NCBI RefSeq assembly: GCF_016026235.1
Contig: NZ_CP065613.1
Reading direction: 5' to 3' (one strand)
Source of the DNA: Escherichia coli
GTDB taxonomy: Bacteria; Pseudomonadota; Gammaproteobacteria; Enterobacterales; Enterobacteriaceae
DNA length: 64,000 nt
Under the pieces are notes generated by a model. It saw only the letters and a list, made by a program, of their open reading frames with translations. It was not told the origin of the DNA and made no database searches. Both the position numbers and the translations under genes were made by a program. Shown in pieces: positions 21,277-35,827 of this stretch (positions are counted from its first letter, which is position 1; every line of letters starts with the position of its first letter).

Positions 21277-21945
21277 ATGCATATCAACATTGCCTGGCAG
21301 GACGTAGATACCGTTCTGCTGGATATGGACGGCACGTTGCTCGACCTCGCCTTCGATAACTATTTCTGGCAAAAGCTGGTGCCTGAAACATGGGGCGCGA
21401 AAAACGGGGTTACGCCACAGGAAGCGATGGAATATATGCGCCAGCAATATCACGACGTACAGCATACGCTAAACTGGTACTGTCTTGATTACTGGAGTGA
21501 GCAACTGGGTCTGGATATCTGTGCGATGACCACCGAGATGGGACCGCGTGCCGTACTGCGTGAAGATACCATTCCGTTTCTTGAGGCACTGAAAGCCAGC
21601 GGTAAGCAGCGAATTTTGCTCACCAATGCGCATCCGCACAACCTGGCGGTAAAACTTGAGCATACCGGTCTGGACGCACACCTTGATTTATTACTTTCCA
21701 CCCACACATTTGGTTATCCGAAAGAGGATCAGCGGTTATGGCATGCGGTGGCCGAAGCTACGGGTCTGAAAGCTGAAAGAACGCTGTTTATTGATGACAG
21801 CGAAGCGATTCTCGATGCTGCCGCGCAATTTGGTATTCGTTACTGCCTCGGCGTGACTAATCCTGACTCAGGGATTGCCGAGAAACAGTATCAACGCCAT
21901 CCGTCACTGAATGACTACCGCCGCCTGATCCCCTCGCTAATGTGA
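21277..21945 (+). CDS. yrfG: HAD-family nucleotidase YrfG
   Basis: Track ORF trimmed to ATG at 21277 (MHINIAWQDVDTVLLDMDGTLLD..., 222 aa) with the HAD DxDGT motif. Confidence 0.9.
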   Translation: MHINIAWQDVDTVLLDMDGTLLDLAFDNYFWQKLVPETWGAKNGVTPQEAMEYMRQQYHDVQHTLNWYCLDYWSEQLGLDICAMTTEMGPRAVLREDTIPFLEALKASGKQRILLTNAHPHNLAVKLEHTGLDAHLDLLLSTHTFGYPKEDQRLWHAVAEATGLKAERTLFIDDSEAILDAAAQFGIRYCLGVTNPDSGIAEKQYQRHPSLNDYRRLIPSLM

Positions 21946-21955
21946 AGGAGACGCC

Positions 21956-22357
21956 ATGAAAGAAAAACCTGCTGTTGAGGTTCGACTGGATAAATGGCTA
22001 TGGGCTGCCCGTTTTTATAAAACCCGCGCGCTGGCCCGTGAAATGATTGAAGGCGGTAAGGTGCATTACAACGGGCAGCGCAGCAAGCCGAGCAAAATCG
22101 TCGAGCTGAATGCCACGCTCACTCTGCGCCAGGGAAATGACGAACGCACGGTGATTGTAAAGGCGATTACTGAACAGCGTCGCCCCGCCAGCGAGGCAGC
22201 CTTGCTGTATGAAGAGACTGCGGAAAGTGTAGAGAAACGCGAAAAAATGGCGCTGGCACGTAAACTTAATGCCTTAACCATGCCGCACCCGGACCGACGC
22301 CCGGACAAAAAAGAGCGCCGCGACCTGTTACGATTTAAACACGGCGACAGTGAATAA
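21956..22357 (+). CDS. hslR: ribosome-associated heat-shock protein Hsp15
   Basis: 133-aa ORF MKEKPAVEVRLDKWLWAARFYKTRALAREMIEGGKV... (S4-like RNA-binding). Confidence 0.95.
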   Translation: MKEKPAVEVRLDKWLWAARFYKTRALAREMIEGGKVHYNGQRSKPSKIVELNATLTLRQGNDERTVIVKAITEQRRPASEAALLYEETAESVEKREKMALARKLNALTMPHPDRRPDKKERRDLLRFKHGDSE

Positions 22358-22381
22358 CTGTCACCTGCAAGAGAGATGATT

Positions 22382-23260
22382 ATGCCGCAACATGACCAAT
22401 TACATCGCTATCTGTTTGAAAACTTTGCCGTGCGCGGCGAACTGGTAACCGTTTCGGAAACCCTGCAACAGATCCTTGAGAACCACGATTATCCGCAGCC
22501 CGTTAAAAACGTGCTGGCAGAACTGCTGGTTGCGACCAGCCTGTTAACCGCTACGCTGAAGTTTGATGGTGATATCACCGTACAGCTGCAGGGCGACGGT
22601 CCGATGAATCTGGCGGTTATTAACGGTAACAACAACCAGCAGATGCGCGGTGTGGCGCGCGTGCAGGGCGAAATTCCAGAAAATGCCGACCTGAAAACGC
22701 TGGTCGGCAATGGTTACGTGGTGATCACCATTACCCCGAGCGAAGGTGAGCGCTATCAGGGCGTGGTGGGTCTGGAAGGAGATACCCTGGCGGCCTGCCT
22801 GGAAGATTACTTTATGCGTTCTGAACAGCTGCCGACGCGCCTGTTTATTCGCACCGGCGACGTAGACGGCAAACCGGCTGCGGGCGGTATGTTGTTGCAG
22901 GTAATGCCTGCGCAAAATGCCCAGCAGGACGACTTCGACCACCTGGCGACGCTAACCGAAACCATCAAAACCGAAGAACTGCTGACCTTACCGGCAAACG
23001 AAGTGTTGTGGCGTTTGTATCACGAAGAAGAGGTGACGGTTTACGATCCGCAGGATGTGGAGTTCAAATGCACCTGCTCGCGTGAACGTTGCGCCGATGC
23101 GCTGAAAACGCTGCCTGATGAAGAAGTCGATAGCATCCTGGCGGAAGATGGCGAAATTGACATGCATTGTGATTACTGCGGTAACCACTATCTGTTCAAT
23201 GCGATGGATATTGCTGAAATCCGCAACAACGCGTCTCCGGCAGATCCGCAAGTTCATTAA
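22382..23260 (+). CDS. hslO: redox-regulated chaperone Hsp33
   Basis: Starts at ATG 22382 ([22 protein letters not shown]..., 292 aa) with the C-terminal zinc-binding CxC...CxxC motif (CTCSRERC...CDYCGNHY). Confidence 0.95.
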   Translation: MPQHDQLHRYLFENFAVRGELVTVSETLQQILENHDYPQPVKNVLAELLVATSLLTATLKFDGDITVQLQGDGPMNLAVINGNNNQQMRGVARVQGEIPENADLKTLVGNGYVVITITPSEGERYQGVVGLEGDTLAACLEDYFMRSEQLPTRLFIRTGDVDGKPAAGGMLLQVMPAQNAQQDDFDHLATLTETIKTEELLTLPANEVLWRLYHEEEVTVYDPQDVEFKCTCSRERCADALKTLPDEEVDSILAEDGEIDMHCDYCGNHYLFNAMDIAEIRNNASPADPQVH

Positions 23261-23269
23261 TGAGTATGT

Positions 23270-23296
23270 CCGGCAGAGAGGGCTCTGCCGGATTTT
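23270..23296 (+). terminator. Rho-independent terminator after hslO
   Basis: Perfect 9-bp stem CCGGCAGAG / CTCTGCCGG with a 4-nt loop, followed by ATTTT. Confidence 0.7.
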
Positions 23297-23394
23297 ACAA
23301 CTTAATGGCCTGATGTGCTGCGCTTACCAGCGCCTATGAAATAAATCGCAAATTATTTTGGTCAGATACAGCGTCGTATCCGATAAAAGCGTTG

Positions 23395-25119
23395 TCACTT
23401 ACTTAAGTTTATTTCCAGCGTTTCACCATCTACCGTCAGATCGCGCCACGCTTTCGGCCTCGTCCCCAGTTTTCCATCCTTCGCAGCTGTGAGTAATTTT
23501 TCTTTCGTTATTTCGTTCGGAAGTAAACTCATATCAAGCGCGTCCCATTCTTTTCTGTCTGAGTCAAAGCCATAGACAATGACTCTGTCATCATTAAAAG
23601 CAAACAGGATCCGCTCCGCCTGACCATCACTATTCAGATCTTGCTCGACCAGTACGCAGGCGTCTTTTTCAATACAGGTCATCACGTTATAGCGTTCTTT
23701 GATTAATGCCGACCAGAATGCCGCATCCGGTTTACCAGAACCTGGGGCAATGAACACATTTTCGGCTAATACTTTTTCCGATATCTGTTGCTGAAGATGT
23801 TGCTCTCCATCTAACGCCATCAACAGATCCCGCGCACGTTTCGGGTCTTTCATATACTCGGCATCGCTTTTCAGCGACTCAAGCGCCGCACGTCCATAGC
23901 GACCGCTCTGTTCGAGCATGTAGATAGTTACCTGGTCTGGCGTGTTTTTGCCGCTCTGATAACGCGCCATATGACTGTTCACGCTAATGCGCATACTGTC
24001 CAGCACCGGAGAATTAAGAAGCACCAGTATTACCAACACCAATAACGAAACCGCAAGGTTCACTTTGCCCTGAAGAACAAGGGGATTTTGCCCTTTACGC
24101 CATACGATACTGACAAAATACCCCAGCGACCATACCAGTAACACCAGCACCGCCAGCGCGCCCTGCAAGCGGTCGACAGTCCAGCCGTACTGAGCGACCC
24201 GCAGCCATAACGCCCAGGCGGCGACGAACACATACAGCGGAGCAACCAGCAAAGCGGTTTTAATCAGGCAACGCAACGGCCCCGTCCAGGGAAGAGACGC
24301 TTTTTGCGGATCGCGGACAATAGCCATTAAGATCAATTGCAAAAAGGCCAGCGTCAACAGCAACCCAGCGGCGGAGATGTGGCGAGAAATCGCACTCAGG
24401 CCTGTAAACGGCAGGGTGATGATAAACATCAGGGTTAGCAATGATACTAACGGCAGCAACCCCGTGGCGATTAACGTGAACAACTTTTGAATAGAGTCGA
24501 TTAAACGTGACTGTGTTCGCGCGAGGATCACCGCCAGCGCGGTAACCAGACCTAATGTAAGATACATAAACCAGTCGGTTGCAAAAAAGAGCGTATTGAA
24601 AAACGTGATGCCAACAAGTTTAAACAACTCACCCCACAGTAAAAGCACCAGCCACGTCAGGCCATTGGCGAGAAAAATAACCTGTAATATAAGTACGTTA
24701 TGCCATACTGACTGGTAAAAATAGCGATAGCGGCTACTGTCATTGCGGATACGAAGGCTTTGTTGTATCCACGGTAGCAACAACATTGCCATCAGCAGCA
24801 GATAGCAGCCAAAATCCCAAAGCGCCTTTTCAGCTCTCCAGGGGTTCATGCCATCAGTTTGCCACTTCAACCAGCCGCTCATCCCCAGCGTGGCAATAAA
24901 CACCAGCGCCAGCCATCCCCAAAGGCGCTTCTGTTTAAAAGAGATCACGGAGAAGAGTAAAACGGATGAAAACGCGACGGTCGCAGGCACGCCATAAACA
25001 ATCCAACTGTGATTTTTTCCGGAAAGCCAGGCGATCAGCAGGTAGCAAACCAGACCCTGAAGTAATCCGGTAGCAATCATCCCCCAGCGTGTTGCGGGTG
25101 AAAGTTCAACGTTATCCAT
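23395..25119 (-). CDS. yhgE: polytopic inner-membrane protein YhgE
   Basis: 574-aa [37 protein letters not shown]..., highly hydrophobic; length matches YhgE. Confidence 0.85.
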   Translation of the reverse strand: MDNVELSPATRWGMIATGLLQGLVCYLLIAWLSGKNHSWIVYGVPATVAFSSVLLFSVISFKQKRLWGWLALVFIATLGMSGWLKWQTDGMNPWRAEKALWDFGCYLLLMAMLLLPWIQQSLRIRNDSSRYRYFYQSVWHNVLILQVIFLANGLTWLVLLLWGELFKLVGITFFNTLFFATDWFMYLTLGLVTALAVILARTQSRLIDSIQKLFTLIATGLLPLVSLLTLMFIITLPFTGLSAISRHISAAGLLLTLAFLQLILMAIVRDPQKASLPWTGPLRCLIKTALLVAPLYVFVAAWALWLRVAQYGWTVDRLQGALAVLVLLVWSLGYFVSIVWRKGQNPLVLQGKVNLAVSLLVLVILVLLNSPVLDSMRISVNSHMARYQSGKNTPDQVTIYMLEQSGRYGRAALESLKSDAEYMKDPKRARDLLMALDGEQHLQQQISEKVLAENVFIAPGSGKPDAAFWSALIKERYNVMTCIEKDACVLVEQDLNSDGQAERILFAFNDDRVIVYGFDSDRKEWDALDMSLLPNEITKEKLLTAAKDGKLGTRPKAWRDLTVDGETLEINLSK

Positions 25120-25497
25120 GTTGGTTATCCAGAATCAAAAGGTGGGTTAATTATCGCATCCGGGCAGTAGTATTTTGCTTTTTTCAGAAAATAATCAAAA
25201 AAAGTTAGCGTGGTGAATCGATACTTTACCGGTTGAATTTGCATCAATTTCATTCAGGAATGCGATTCCACTCACAATATTCCCGCCATATAAACCAAGA
25301 TTTAACCTTTTGAGAACATTTTCCACACCTAAAATGCTATTTCTGCGATAATAGCAACCGTTTCGTGACAGGAATCACGGAGTTTTTTGTCAAATATGAA
25401 TTTCTCCAGATACGTAAATCTATGAGCCTTGTCGCGGTTAACACCCCCAAAAAGACTTTACTATTCAGGCAATACATATTGGCTAAGGAGCAGTGAA

Positions 25498-27120
25498 ATG
25501 CGCGTTAACAATGGTTTGACCCCGCAAGAACTCGAGGCTTATGGTATCAGTGACGTACATGATATCGTTTACAACCCAAGCTACGACCTGCTGTATCAGG
25601 AAGAGCTCGATCCGAGCCTGACAGGTTATGAGCGCGGGGTGTTAACTAATCTGGGTGCCGTTGCCGTCGATACCGGGATCTTCACCGGCCGTTCACCAAA
25701 AGATAAGTATATCGTCCGTGACGATACCACTCGCGATACTTTCTGGTGGGCAGACAAAGGCAAAGGTAAGAACGATAACAAACCTCTCTCTCCGGAAACC
25801 TGGCAACATCTGAAAGGCTTGGTGACCAAACAGCTTTCCGGCAAACGTCTGTTCGTTGTCGACGCCTTCTGTGGTGCGAATCCGGATACTCGTCTTTCCG
25901 TCCGTTTCATCACCGAAGTGGCCTGGCAGGCGCATTTTGTCAAAAACATGTTTATTCGCCCGAGCGATGAAGAGCTGGCAGGTTTCAAACCAGACTTTAT
26001 CGTTATGAACGGCGCGAAGTGCACTAACCCTCAGTGGAAAGAACAGGGTCTGAACTCTGAAAACTTCGTGGCGTTTAACCTGACCGAGCGCATGCAGCTG
26101 ATTGGCGGCACCTGGTACGGCGGCGAAATGAAGAAAGGGATGTTCTCGATGATGAACTACCTGCTGCCGCTGAAAGGTATCGCTTCTATGCACTGCTCCG
26201 CCAACGTTGGCGAGAAAGGCGATGTTGCGGTGTTCTTCGGCCTTTCCGGCACTGGTAAAACCACCCTTTCCACCGACCCGAAACGTCGCCTGATTGGCGA
26301 TGACGAACACGGCTGGGACGATGACGGTGTGTTTAACTTCGAAGGCGGCTGCTACGCGAAAACCATCAAGCTGTCGAAAGAAGCGGAACCTGAAATCTAC
26401 AACGCTATCCGTCGCGATGCGCTGCTGGAAAACGTCACCGTGCGTGAAGATGGCACTATCGACTTTGATGATGGTTCAAAAACCGAGAACACCCGCGTTT
26501 CTTATCCGATCTATCACATCGATAACATCGTTAAGCCGGTTTCCAAAGCGGGCCACGCAACGAAAGTTATCTTCCTGACCGCAGACGCCTTTGGTGTGCT
26601 GCCACCGGTTTCTCGTCTGACTGCCGATCAAACCCAGTACCACTTCCTCTCTGGCTTCACCGCCAAACTGGCCGGTACAGAACGCGGCATCACCGAACCG
26701 ACGCCAACCTTCTCCGCTTGCTTCGGCGCGGCGTTCCTGTCGCTGCACCCAACTCAGTACGCAGAAGTGCTGGTGAAACGTATGCAGGCGGCGGGCGCGC
26801 AGGCTTATCTGGTTAACACTGGCTGGAACGGCACTGGCAAACGTATCTCGATTAAAGATACCCGCGCCATTATCGACGCCATCCTCAACGGTTCGCTGGA
26901 TAATGCAGAAACCTTCACTCTGCCGATGTTTAACCTGGCGATCCCAACCGAACTGCCGGGCGTAGACACGAAGATTCTCGATCCGCGTAACACCTACGCT
27001 TCCCCGGAACAGTGGCAGGAAAAAGCCGAAACCCTGGCGAAACTGTTTATCGACAACTTTGATAAATACACCGACACCCCTGCGGGTGCCGCGCTGGTAG
27101 CGGCTGGTCCGAAACTGTAA
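25498..27120 (+). CDS. pckA: phosphoenolpyruvate carboxykinase (ATP)
   Basis: Track ORF trimmed to ATG at 25498, preceded by AAGGAG ([22 protein letters not shown]..., 540 aa) with the [11 protein letters not shown] kinase motif. Confidence 0.97.
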
Positions 27121-27168
27121 TGATTTGAAGCTGGAGAATATCTATCCAGTATCTTATAGAAAGCAAAA

Positions 27169-27195
27169 CGGGAGGCACCTTCGCCTCCCGTTTTT

Positions 27196-27197
<2 letters not shown>
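27169..27197 (+). terminator. Rho-independent terminator after pckA
   Basis: Stem CGGGAGGC / GCCTCCCG followed by a run of seven T (27191-27197). Confidence 0.75.
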
Positions 27198-29264
<2,067 letters not shown>

Positions 29265-29491
29265 TGTTTGTACTCCCAAAGGTTCGCAACAATTTGTAAG
29301 CGTGTATTCTTAAAAAAGCTCACGTTCGTCACCAGCTAAATCTGGTATGAATTTCAGCCTAAATTGTTACAAAGCATATTAAACAGCAGCTTAAGTATAC
29401 AATTTATTCGGCGAAACATTATTGATTCTGTTGATATGATCACGTTATACCCAATGTGCGCATTATCAAACAGACAAAGGGAATCAACGAG

Positions 29492-29968
29492 ATGAAAACG
29501 CCCCTGGTTACCCGGGAAGGGTATGAAAAACTCAAACAAGAGCTTAATTATCTCTGGCGTGAAGAACGCCCGGAGGTCACAAAAAAGGTGACCTGGGCCG
29601 CAAGTCTGGGCGACCGCAGCGAAAATGCTGACTATCAGTATAATAAAAAGCGTCTGCGTGAAATCGACCGTCGCGTGCGCTATCTCACTAAATGCATGGA
29701 AAATCTCAAAATCGTCGATTACTCCCCTCAGCAGGAAGGCAAAGTCTTTTTTGGCGCGTGGGTGGAGATTGAAAACGACGATGGCGTGACTCACCGTTTC
29801 CGTATTGTCGGCTACGATGAAATTTTTGGCCGTAAAGATTACATCTCTATCGATTCCCCGATGGCCCGCGCATTGCTGAAAAAAGAAGTCGGCGATCTGG
29901 CTGTGGTGAATACTCCTGCCGGGGAAGCGAGCTGGTATGTTAATGCTATCGAGTACGTGAAACCGTAA
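29492..29968 (+). CDS. greB: transcript cleavage factor GreB
   Basis: Track ORF trimmed to ATG at 29492 (MKTPLVTREGYEKLKQELNYLWREERPEV..., 158 aa). Confidence 0.95.
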   Translation: MKTPLVTREGYEKLKQELNYLWREERPEVTKKVTWAASLGDRSENADYQYNKKRLREIDRRVRYLTKCMENLKIVDYSPQQEGKVFFGAWVEIENDDGVTHRFRIVGYDEIFGRKDYISIDSPMARALLKKEVGDLAVVNTPAGEASWYVNAIEYVKP

Positions 29969-30064
29969 GGAAGAGTCTTAACCTCCTGCCGATGGCTGGC
30001 ATTTTTGCCAGCCAGTCCGTATAACTATCCCCTGATTTTTGATCCGAAAAGATGAACTCAAACC

Positions 30065-32386
30065 ATGATGAATGATTCGTTCTGCCGCATTATTGCGGGT
30101 GAAATTCAGGCGCGCCCGGAACAGGTTGACGCTGCCGTTCGCCTGCTTGACGAAGGGAATACCGTGCCGTTTATCGCACGTTATCGTAAGGAAATCACCG
30201 GCGGTCTGGATGACACGCAGCTGCGTAATCTGGAAACGCGTCTGAGCTATCTGCGCGAGCTGGAAGAGAGACGTCAGGCGATCCTCAAGTCCATTTCCGA
30301 GCAAGGCAAACTCACCGATGATCTGGCGAATGCCATCAACGCCACCCTAAGCAAAACCGAACTCGAAGACCTCTACCTGCCCTACAAACCTAAACGCCGC
30401 ACCCGCGGGCAAATCGCCATTGAAGCAGGGCTTGAGCCGTTGGCTGACCTGCTGTGGAGCGATCCGTCACACACGCCAGAAGTCGCCGCTGCGCAATATA
30501 TTGATGCAGATAAAGGCGTGGCAGATACCAAAGCCGCGCTGGACGGCGCGCGCTATATCCTGATGGAACGGTTTGCCGAAGATGCCGCGCTGCTGGCGAA
30601 AGTGCGTGATTATCTGTGGAAGAACGCGCATTTGGTTTCTACGGTGGTGAGCGGTAAAGAAGAGGAAGGGGCGAAATTCCGCGACTATTTCGATCATCAC
30701 GAACCATTGTCCACGGTGCCTTCTCACCGCGCGCTGGCGATGTTCCGTGGGCGTAACGAAGGCGTACTCCAGCTTTCGCTGAATGCCGATCCGCAGTTCG
30801 ATGAGCCGCCAAAAGAGAGCTATTGCGAGCAAATCATCATGGATCATCTCGGCCTGCGCCTGAACAATGCTCCGGCGGATAGCTGGCGCAAAGGCGTGGT
30901 GAGCTGGACCTGGCGCATCAAGGTGCTGATGCATCTGGAAACCGAACTGATGGGCACCGTGCGCGAACGCGCGGAAGATGAAGCAATCAACGTCTTTGCC
31001 CGTAACCTGCACGATCTGCTGATGGCGGCCCCTGCCGGACTGCGTGCAACGATGGGCCTCGATCCGGGTCTGCGTACCGGGGTAAAAGTGGCGGTGGTCG
31101 ATGCCACTGGCAAACTGGTAGCGACCGATACCATTTACCCGCACACCGGACAAGCCGCAAAAGCAGCGATGACTGTTGCTGCGCTGTGTGAAAAGCATAA
31201 CGTTAAACTGGTGGCGATCGGCAACGGTACAGCTTCCCGCGAAACCGAACGTTTCTATCTCGACGTGCAGAAGCAGTTCCCGAAAGTGACCGCACAGAAA
31301 GTGATCGTCAGCGAAGCTGGCGCGTCGGTTTACTCGGCTTCCGAGCTGGCAGCGCAGGAGTTCCCGGATCTCGACGTTTCGCTGCGTGGCGCGGTTTCTA
31401 TCGCCCGCCGTTTGCAGGATCCGCTGGCGGAGCTGGTGAAAATCGATCCGAAATCTATCGGCGTAGGTCAGTATCAGCATGACGTCAGCCAGACGCAACT
31501 GGCCCGCAAACTGGATGCAGTAGTAGAAGACTGCGTAAACGCCGTTGGCGTCGATCTCAACACCGCTTCTGTTCCGCTATTAACTCGCGTGGCGGGCCTG
31601 ACGCGCATGATGGCGCAAAACATCGTGGCCTGGCGCGATGAGAACGGCCAGTTCCAGAACCGTCAGCAACTGCTGAAAGTCAGCCGTCTGGGGCCGAAAG
31701 CCTTCGAGCAGTGCGCGGGCTTCCTGCGCATTAACCACGGTGATAACCCGCTGGACGCCTCTACCGTTCACCCGGAAGCCTATCCGGTGGTGGAACGCAT
31801 TCTGGCAGCAACACAGCAGGCACTGAAAGATCTGATGGGTAACAGCAGCGAACTGCGTAACCTGAAAGCGTCTGACTTTACTGATGAAAAATTCGGTGTG
31901 CCGACAGTAACTGACATCATCAAAGAGCTGGAAAAACCGGGTCGCGATCCGCGTCCGGAATTTAAAACCGCTCAGTTTGCCGATGGCGTCGAGACAATGA
32001 ACGACCTGCAACCGGGTATGATCCTCGAAGGCGCTGTCACCAACGTCACCAACTTTGGCGCGTTTGTCGATATCGGCGTGCATCAGGACGGCCTGGTTCA
32101 CATCTCTTCATTGTCGAACAAGTTTGTGGAAGATCCGCATACCGTGGTGAAAGCGGGCGACATTGTGAAGGTGAAAGTGCTGGAAGTGGATCTTCAGCGT
32201 AAACGTATCGCCCTGACTATGCGTCTGGACGAGCAGCCTGGCGAAACCAACTCTCGTCGCGGCGGCGGTAACGATCGCCCGCAAAACAACCGCCCGGCAG
32301 CCAAACCACGCGGTCGTGAAGCGCAGCCTGCCGGTAACAGCGCGATGATGGACGCGCTGGCGGCAGCAATGGGCAAAAAACGTTAA
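30065..32386 (+). CDS. tex: Tex-like transcription accessory protein (S1 RNA-binding domain)
   Basis: 773-aa [46 protein letters not shown]... with YqgF/HhH/S1 architecture (yhgF). Confidence 0.93.
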   Translation: MMNDSFCRIIAGEIQARPEQVDAAVRLLDEGNTVPFIARYRKEITGGLDDTQLRNLETRLSYLRELEERRQAILKSISEQGKLTDDLANAINATLSKTELEDLYLPYKPKRRTRGQIAIEAGLEPLADLLWSDPSHTPEVAAAQYIDADKGVADTKAALDGARYILMERFAEDAALLAKVRDYLWKNAHLVSTVVSGKEEEGAKFRDYFDHHEPLSTVPSHRALAMFRGRNEGVLQLSLNADPQFDEPPKESYCEQIIMDHLGLRLNNAPADSWRKGVVSWTWRIKVLMHLETELMGTVRERAEDEAINVFARNLHDLLMAAPAGLRATMGLDPGLRTGVKVAVVDATGKLVATDTIYPHTGQAAKAAMTVAALCEKHNVKLVAIGNGTASRETERFYLDVQKQFPKVTAQKVIVSEAGASVYSASELAAQEFPDLDVSLRGAVSIARRLQDPLAELVKIDPKSIGVGQYQHDVSQTQLARKLDAVVEDCVNAVGVDLNTASVPLLTRVAGLTRMMAQNIVAWRDENGQFQNRQQLLKVSRLGPKAFEQCAGFLRINHGDNPLDASTVHPEAYPVVERILAATQQALKDLMGNSSELRNLKASDFTDEKFGVPTVTDIIKELEKPGRDPRPEFKTAQFADGVETMNDLQPGMILEGAVTNVTNFGAFVDIGVHQDGLVHISSLSNKFVEDPHTVVKAGDIVKVKVLEVDLQRKRIALTMRLDEQPGETNSRRGGGNDRPQNNRPAAKPRGREAQPAGNSAMMDALAAAMGKKR

Positions 32387-32410
32387 ACGCCCGGACTGGC
32401 CCCTAAACCT

Positions 32411-32445
32411 GCGCGATAAGGCGTTCACGCCGCATCTGGCAACGA
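32411..32445. repeat. REP-like palindromic element (inverted orientation)
   Basis: GCGATAAGGCGTTCACGCCGCATCTGGCA is the reverse complement of the REP-type consensus core; lies downstream of tex. Confidence 0.55.
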
Positions 32446-32467
32446 ACGCCTTGCCTGACATAAAAGT

Positions 32468-32495
32468 GCCGGAGAATATCTCCGGCATATTTATT
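32468..32495 (+). terminator. probable terminator after tex
   Basis: Stem GCCGGAGA / TCTCCGGC with a 3-nt loop, followed by a T-rich tail (ATATTTATT). Confidence 0.55.
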
Positions 32496-32688
32496 CCACA
32501 GCCAAACTCACAATATATTTCGTTAATATTTATCACTTCATTAACAACTGAAACCTTAATTAAACATTAGCCAGTCTTGGTAATTCGCTATTCGAATTAT
32601 ATTTTCGCTGCGATATAACCTTGAGCCACATCAACATTGAGTCAGATTATTATTCAAACCAACATTCGCACACATTTTAAGTATTGCT

Positions 32689-32714
32689 GATAGAAACCAT
32701 TCTCATTATCATTG
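32689..32714. promoter_or_regulatory. Fur-box-like sequence in the feoA upstream region
   Basis: GATAGAAACCATTCTCATTATCATTG contains a TCATTATC half-site resembling the Fur consensus GATAATGATAATCATTATC; it lies in the AT-rich region upstream of the iron-regulated feoABC operon. Confidence 0.4.
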
Positions 32715-32823
32715 TACTGTTGATTATTTAATCTCTCCTTCGTTGGCAAATCATCTGGTCTCATGTCGCTGTCAAACGCCCCATGAGGTAGTTATCCAGT
32801 TAATGAGAAACAAGTAGGCACCT

Positions 32824-33051
32824 ATGCAATACACTCCAGATACTGCGTGGAAAATCACTGGCTTTTCCCGTGAAATCAGCCCGGCATATCGCCAAAAACT
32901 GCTTTCTCTTGGCATGTTACCTGGCTCCTCTTTTAATGTGGTGCGCGTCGCTCCACTCGGTGACCCCATTCATATCGAAACCCGTCGTGTGAGCCTGGTA
33001 TTACGCAAAAAAGATCTGGCCTTATTAGAAGTGGAAGCGGTTTCCTGTTAA
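32824..33051 (+). CDS. feoA: ferrous iron transport protein A
   Basis: 75-aa [55 protein letters not shown]... Confidence 0.95.
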   Translation: MQYTPDTAWKITGFSREISPAYRQKLLSLGMLPGSSFNVVRVAPLGDPIHIETRRVSLVLRKKDLALLEVEAVSC

Positions 33052-33067
33052 TACGGTGATAACAACA

Positions 33068-35389
33068 ATGAAAAAATTAACCATAGGCTTAATTGGTAAT
33101 CCAAATTCTGGCAAGACAACCTTATTTAACCAGCTCACTGGCGCACGTCAGCGTGTAGGTAACTGGGCTGGCGTTACCGTCGAACGTAAAGAAGGGCAAT
33201 TCTCCACCACCGATCATCAGGTCACGCTGGTGGACCTGCCCGGCACCTATTCTCTGACCACCATCTCATCGCAGACCTCGCTCGATGAGCAAATCGCCTG
33301 TCACTACATTTTGAGTGGCGACGCCGACCTGCTGATTAACGTGGTGGATGCGTCTAACCTTGAGCGTAACCTGTACCTGACGCTACAACTGCTGGAACTC
33401 GGCATTCCCTGCATCGTGGCACTGAACATGCTCGACATTGCCGAGAAGCAAAATATTCGTATTGAAATTGATGCTCTGTCGGCGCGTCTTGGCTGCCCGG
33501 TGATCCCGCTGGTTTCAACCCGTGGTCGCGGTATTGAAGCGCTCAAGCTGGCGATTGATCGCTATAAAGCTAACGAGAATGTGGAACTGGTGCATTACGC
33601 ACAGCCGCTGCTCAACGAAGCAGATTCACTGGCAAAAGTGATGCCTTCCGACATCCCGCTGAAACAACGTCGCTGGCTGGGCCTGCAAATGCTGGAAGGC
33701 GATATCTACAGCCGCGCCTACGCCGGTGAAGCGTCGCAGCATCTGGATGCCGCCCTCGCCCGTCTGCGTAATGAGATGGACGATCCGGCGCTGCACATTG
33801 CCGATGCGCGTTACCAGTGCATTGCTGCCATCTGTGATGTGGTAAGCAACACCCTGACGGCAGAACCCAGCCGTTTCACCACTGCGGTAGATAAAATCGT
33901 GCTCAACCGTTTCCTCGGTCTGCCGATTTTCCTCTTTGTGATGTACCTGATGTTCCTGCTGGCTATCAACATCGGCGGGGCGTTACAGCCGCTGTTTGAC
34001 GTCGGCTCCGTGGCGCTATTTGTGCATGGTATTCAATGGATTGGCTACACGCTCCACTTCCCGGACTGGCTGACTATCTTCCTCGCCCAGGGCCTGGGTG
34101 GCGGCATTAACACCGTGCTGCCACTGGTGCCGCAGATTGGCATGATGTACCTGTTCCTCTCCTTCCTTGAGGACTCCGGGTATATGGCGCGTGCGGCGTT
34201 TGTGATGGACCGTCTGATGCAGGCGCTGGGCTTGCCGGGGAAATCCTTTGTGCCGCTGATCGTCGGTTTCGGTTGTAACGTACCGTCGGTAATGGGTGCA
34301 CGTACGCTTGATGCACCGCGTGAACGTCTGATGACCATCATGATGGCACCGTTTATGTCCTGCGGCGCGCGTCTGGCTATCTTCGCAGTATTCGCGGCTG
34401 CCTTCTTCGGGCAGAACGGTGCGCTGGCGGTCTTCTCGCTGTATATGCTGGGTATTGTGATGGCGGTGCTGACTGGCCTGATGCTCAAGTACACCATCAT
34501 GCGCGGTGAAGCGACGCCGTTTGTCATGGAGTTGCCGGTCTATCATGTACCACACGTTAAAAGCCTGATTATCCAGACCTGGCAGCGTCTGAAAGGCTTC
34601 GTTCTGCGTGCTGGTAAAGTGATCATCATCGTCAGCATTTTCCTGAGCGCTTTCAACAGCTTCTCGCTGAGCGGGAAAATCGTCGATAACATCAACGACT
34701 CGGCGCTGGCGTCCGTCAGCCGGGTGATCACCCCGGTCTTCAAGCCAATTGGCGTGCATGAAGATAACTGGCAGGCAACGGTTGGCCTGTTTACAGGTGC
34801 CATGGCGAAAGAAGTGGTAGTGGGTACGCTCAACACCCTCTACACCGCAGAAAATATTCAGGACGAAGAGTTCAATCCGGCAGAGTTTAACCTCGGTGAA
34901 GAGCTGTTCAGTGCGATAGATGAAACCTGGCAGAGCCTGAAAGACACCTTCAGCCTTAGCGTACTGATGAACCCCATTGAAGCCAGCAAAGGCGACGGCG
35001 AAATGGGTACTGGGGCGATGGGCGTGATGGATCAGAAATTCGGTAGCGCAGCAGCAGCTTACAGCTACCTGATTTTCGTCCTGCTGTATGTACCATGTAT
35101 CTCGGTGATGGGAGCCATCGCCCGTGAATCAAGCCGTGGCTGGATGGGCTTCTCCATCCTGTGGGGGCTGAATATCGCTTACTCGCTGGCAACATTGTTC
35201 TATCAGGTCGCCAGCTACAGTCAGCACCCAACTTACAGCCTGGTGTGCATTCTGGCGGTTATCCTGTTTAACATCGTGGTTATCGGTCTGCTGCGCCGCG
35301 CGCGTAGCCGGGTGGATATCGAACTGCTGGCAACCCGCAAGTCGGTAAGCAGTTGCTGCGCAGCCAGCACCACCGGTGATTGCCATTAA
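33068..35389 (+). CDS. feoB: ferrous iron transporter B (G-protein-coupled permease)
   Basis: Track ORF trimmed to ATG at 33068 ([25 protein letters not shown]..., 773 aa) with an N-terminal GTPase domain and a polytopic membrane domain. Confidence 0.97.
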   Translation: MKKLTIGLIGNPNSGKTTLFNQLTGARQRVGNWAGVTVERKEGQFSTTDHQVTLVDLPGTYSLTTISSQTSLDEQIACHYILSGDADLLINVVDASNLERNLYLTLQLLELGIPCIVALNMLDIAEKQNIRIEIDALSARLGCPVIPLVSTRGRGIEALKLAIDRYKANENVELVHYAQPLLNEADSLAKVMPSDIPLKQRRWLGLQMLEGDIYSRAYAGEASQHLDAALARLRNEMDDPALHIADARYQCIAAICDVVSNTLTAEPSRFTTAVDKIVLNRFLGLPIFLFVMYLMFLLAINIGGALQPLFDVGSVALFVHGIQWIGYTLHFPDWLTIFLAQGLGGGINTVLPLVPQIGMMYLFLSFLEDSGYMARAAFVMDRLMQALGLPGKSFVPLIVGFGCNVPSVMGARTLDAPRERLMTIMMAPFMSCGARLAIFAVFAAAFFGQNGALAVFSLYMLGIVMAVLTGLMLKYTIMRGEATPFVMELPVYHVPHVKSLIIQTWQRLKGFVLRAGKVIIIVSIFLSAFNSFSLSGKIVDNINDSALASVSRVITPVFKPIGVHEDNWQATVGLFTGAMAKEVVVGTLNTLYTAENIQDEEFNPAEFNLGEELFSAIDETWQSLKDTFSLSVLMNPIEASKGDGEMGTGAMGVMDQKFGSAAAAYSYLIFVLLYVPCISVMGAIARESSRGWMGFSILWGLNIAYSLATLFYQVASYSQHPTYSLVCILAVILFNIVVIGLLRRARSRVDIELLATRKSVSSCCAASTTGDCH

Positions 35390-35625
35390 TGGCTTCACTT
35401 ATTCAGGTGCGCGATTTGCTGGCGTTACGGGGCCGTATGGAAGCGGCCCAGATAAGCCAGACATTGAACACTCCACAGCCAATGATTAACGCCATGCTGC
35501 AACAACTGGAAAGTATGGGCAAAGCCGTGCGGATTCAGGAAGAACCTGACGGCTGCCTCTCTGGCAGTTGTAAAAGCTGCCCGGAAGGAAAAGCCTGTCT
35601 GCGCGAGTGGTGGGCGCTGCGTTAA
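35389..35625 (+). CDS. feoC: FeoC (winged-helix, Fe-S) protein
   Basis: Starts at ATG 35389, overlapping the feoB stop (TAATG): [24 protein letters not shown]..., 78 aa, with the cysteine cluster [15 protein letters not shown]. Confidence 0.9.
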   Translation: MASLIQVRDLLALRGRMEAAQISQTLNTPQPMINAMLQQLESMGKAVRIQEEPDGCLSGSCKSCPEGKACLREWWALR

Positions 35626-35650
35626 CCTTACTCCATCGCCTGTTTTGGAA

Positions 35651-35682
35651 AGCCCGGTATGCGTCTGCATCCGGGCTTTTTT
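35651..35682 (+). terminator. Rho-independent terminator after feoC
   Basis: Long stem AGCCCGG...CCGGGCT followed by a run of six T. Confidence 0.75.
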
Positions 35683-35827
35683 GCGTGCGGCTTTCCATAA
35701 AAATGCAACTCTTGCAGCACGGCGTAAGTTCCTTTGAAAGCATCTCGCAGGGATGAAAACTCGCTAATACACAGGTGTGAAGTGGCGCGTAGAGTCGCGG
35801 CATTCAAACAACAGGTGAAGGAACGCC

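Noticed and set aside
30467-31498. 343-aa minus-strand ORF
   Set aside because: Antisense within tex; low-complexity R/H/Q-rich translation typical of reverse-frame artefacts.
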